Origin: Pseudogymnoascus verrucosus
Lineage: Eukaryota
Strand: one strand, 5' to 3'
Length of the DNA: 64,000 nucleotides
Assembly (NCBI GenBank): GCA_001662655.1
Contig: KV460211.1
This document shows positions 61,227-64,000 of the stretch, one piece after another. Below the pieces are notes generated by a model, which did no database searches, was not told the origin of the DNA, and saw only the letters and a list, made by a program, of their open reading frames with translations. The translations under genes and the position numbers were made by a program. Numbering within the stretch: the stretch's first letter is position 1; every line of letters begins with the position of its first letter.

Positions 61227-62233
61227 CTACAGCCGGCTATGAGGAAAGCCCCAACCAGGACGCAGCATATTTCTAGCAGCCTGCTCAGAAGCAGCCATGT
61301 TCGAGGCCAGCGCACCCGGTCCAGACGGCCCAGGATCGTTGTAAGCGGTTACGGGCCTTGCCCGACCTTTGGTGACTTCAAGGATAATACCACCCTCGAT
61401 GGAAATATCGCCGCTCTCAGAGTAGTCGCCGATTTTCTCGCTCATGGTGTCTCGCTCAATCAAGGCGACCATGACTGCAGCCACCTCCTCCGGCTCCACC
61501 CAGACGTCCCTAGCGTCAATCATGGCCAACTTCTCAGGGTTGTCTGTGTATATAGGGGTCTTGATGATACCTGGGGCGACGGCAGCAATGCGTATGTTGG
61601 CTGAGCTGATGTCGCCGAGGGAACGAACGAATCCGCTGATGGCATGCTTGGATGCGTCGTAAAGCGGCGTTGCAATACTCGTATCTTGCGCAGCTGTACT
61701 GGAGATCAAAACGATGGTCTTGTTTCCAGGTTGCTTTGCGTTGAGAAAGCGAGAAATCGCGAGTTGCGTCGTTCGGATCGGGTGAATCAGGTTGATGTCA
61801 AGGATGGCGTAACGGCCGCCATCCACAGAGTCATGGCTTCCCGAGCTTCCAGGAGGGCACCAGAAGTTGCTAAATGTCTAGGGCGATGTCAGCCACATTC
61901 AAGTTGCGAGCAGTTAAGAGATTCACCTACTGGTTCGTAGACGCCAGCGCCGGGGCATACAATGTCGATGCGCCCAAACTCACGTTCCGCCGTTACAAAC
62001 ATCTGCTCAAGCTGCGACCAGTCTCGCACATCGGTTTTTTGGAACACAGCGCGTCCACGGCCCCGGGCGCTTGACTGGTGAGTGCCAACGACCTCCTGAG
62101 CTTCTGGCCTGAGACCAAGATCGGCAAAGACCACATTGCAGCCTTTGTCAAGAAGAGCGGATGCGAAGGCGAGATTGATGCCGCTACCAGCACCCGTTAC
62201 AATCGCAACCTTGCCAGAGAGTGTCTGAGACAT
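61227..62233 (-). CDS. Short-chain dehydrogenase/reductase (15-PGDH-like)
   Basis: ATG 62233; TGAGSGI, CPGAGVYEP|, INL, SS, YDASK (YxxxK), APG; one intron. Confidence 0.88.
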
Positions 62234-62381
62234 GACTGCTGTAGTTGCGCAGCTGTCTCCCGAAATCAAGTAGAGTGTTCAAGCTGTGGATGACAATATT
62301 TAGTGGGCTCAATTCCTTAACACTCTGCGGCCCAAGGACAACCAACTTATAATAGGAGACCCTGGACGTGTTGAACCTCAC

Positions 62382-62745
62382 CTAGTACCTTGCTTCAAGC
62401 ACCTAGCACCCAATTTCGAGACGCGGCAGGCTCTGCAGCTCCGGAGTGCGGGGTAGTGGTGGCGGCGCTTATGGCCAAAAGGGATAAAAAGGTGAGTCCC
62501 CCTCCAAGAATCCAATAGTGTGGCTTTGCATCAATCATCATAAATCTGCCGATGGCCTGTTGAACCTCCTCTAGTGCCTTGCTTCGAGCACCCCGCACCC
62601 GATTTCGAGACGAGGCAGGCTCCGCGGGCTCTAGAGTGCGGGGTAGTGGTGGCGGCGCCTATGCCCAAAAGGGTTAAAACGGTGGGTCGCCCTCTGATAA
62701 TCCAACAGTGTGGCTTGCATCAATCATCATAAATCTGCCGAGGGC
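62382..62745. repeat. Tandem duplication of about 175 bp (period 189) in the SDR/TF divergent promoter
   Basis: Copies 62382-62557 and 62571-62745 share atttcgagacg, gagtgcggggtagtggtggcggcgc and gcatcaatcatcataaatctgccga. Confidence 0.9.
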
Positions 62746-62850
62746 CCGCACGGTGTGTTCCTAATATTCCTTGTCCTCCCTCTGCTCGTTCCTCCTCCAC
62801 CCAACAATTTGTCTTGATTGAGATAGGAACCAGAGACGACGCGTCTAACC

Positions 62851-64000
62851 ATGCCTACAAAGGTCAAAGGTAAGAGAGCTGAGATTCGAGAGCCACAGGA
62901 TTCTAACGTGCTCCGTCCAGGATGCCGCAGCTGTTCCCGCCGGCGAATAAACTGCGACCGGACTCTACCTGCTTGCAACAAATGTGTTCGGGACAACCTG
63001 GTTTGCTACGGCCTTAGCGGGACCTACCGTTGGCTTACTAGCCGGACCTCCAGGAAGACGAGGACACCGGGTCAAGGGAGCAAGAGAGACTCGCCCCCGC
63101 CGTCTCAGATGGTCTGTCGCTTGTCTATCTCGTAACCCATAGACACATTGGCCATAACTTACTGGGCATCCAGGCACTCGATGATTCCGATAAAGGCAGC
63201 CTAATACCGCTATTAGCGTCCCCGACGTCCCCGCTGACTTTCCCGCTGCCCCGGACACAGCCGAGTAATCACGAGGATCAATGGGTGTTGAACTACTGTA
63301 CGTGACACTTCATGGAGCCATTCATCGAAAGATGTACCAACAACAGAGCAGTTGCAGAGCAGATAACGCCGTGGATGTGCCCGATTCTGCGAGAAGATAA
63401 CGAATGCAAGATGCAAGTCTTGCCGCTAGCCGCTTCTTCCCCACTCGTCTTCAATGCCGTTGCCGCGACATCCTTTCATCGCCTGGCCTACTACGGAAAC
63501 AATGAATTTGCAAGTAAGGCTGAAAGATACAGGGCCACTGCTATTAAGGGCCTGCTAGAGAGCTGTCAGAGAGTCTGCTTGCCGTTGCCATCCTCTCAGG
63601 ACGTGCTGTTTGCCGCGGCTACTCTCTTAATTCTGATGTATGATGAGATGGTGGCTGCCCAGGGTTCCTTCACGACTCTTGCGCGTGTCATGTCAAGCAT
63701 GCGGAACTTTGTGGATTTCTCAACCTTAAGCGGCAGCTCGGAGCTTCAAAGATACCTGTCAGGGCAGTTTGATATGTGAGTTGCACTTTCCAGGCAGATT
63801 TGTGCGGCAAGCATGGTGGTAATTGTGACCTAATATCATCCAGGCTAGCCATCTTCGCCCTACCGCATCTTGACGAAGGTCCATCGCAGACGCACGCCTT
63901 CGAGTTGGTAGACACCTTTGAGTCGACGACCAAAGAAGACCAAAATAACCCTCCCTTCCTGGCAGACTGCTGGAAGACTGTCTTAACGGCTTGGCTCTGT
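62851..64000 (+). CDS. Zn(II)2Cys6 transcription factor, runs off the window end
   Basis: CRSCSRRRINCDRTLPACNKCVRDNLVCYG binuclear cluster; downstream exons with helical fungal-TF-like domain; splicing only partly resolved. Confidence 0.85.

Noticed and set aside
46150..64000. Intact transposase, Starship captain or secondary-metabolite backbone gene
   Set aside because: No tyrosine recombinase, DDE, RT, PKS or NRPS motifs found in the window, so mobility remains inference

Overview
Intron-containing genomic DNA from a filamentous ascomycete. GT..CTAAC..AG introns and RIP-like decay are visible, and the gene style is tentatively Pseudogymnoascus/Leotiomycete-like (inference only). The window has three blocks. 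(1) About 1-3.6 kb is accessory-looking: a ribokinase, a RIP-decayed F-box pseudogene and a hypothetical gene. (2) About 3.7-46.15 kb is a dense block of housekeeping-type genes: Xaa-Pro aminopeptidase, Rad54B/Rdh54, Grr1, a PTS2-bearing acyl-CoA synthetase, RPL16, glutaredoxin, Aim18-like, Pff1, ERG24, Mrl1-like, F-box/WD40, Ap4A phosphorylase and DUF829. It ends abruptly inside an NADP alcohol dehydrogenase. (3) About 46.15-64 kb is a mosaic accessory region. It holds an MBOAT acetyltransferase, a 31-bp minisatellite and a putative aromatic-catabolism set (FAD monooxygenase fused to an ADC-like domain, intradiol dioxygenase, permease, SDR, Zn2Cys6 TF). It also holds a convergent pair of decayed DUF3328/UstYa oxidases (one invisible in the ORF track) and a RIP-mutated aldehyde dehydrogenase fragment. 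No tRNA, rRNA, CRISPR array or intact transposase was recognised. Exon boundaries were read by eye and no database searches were run.
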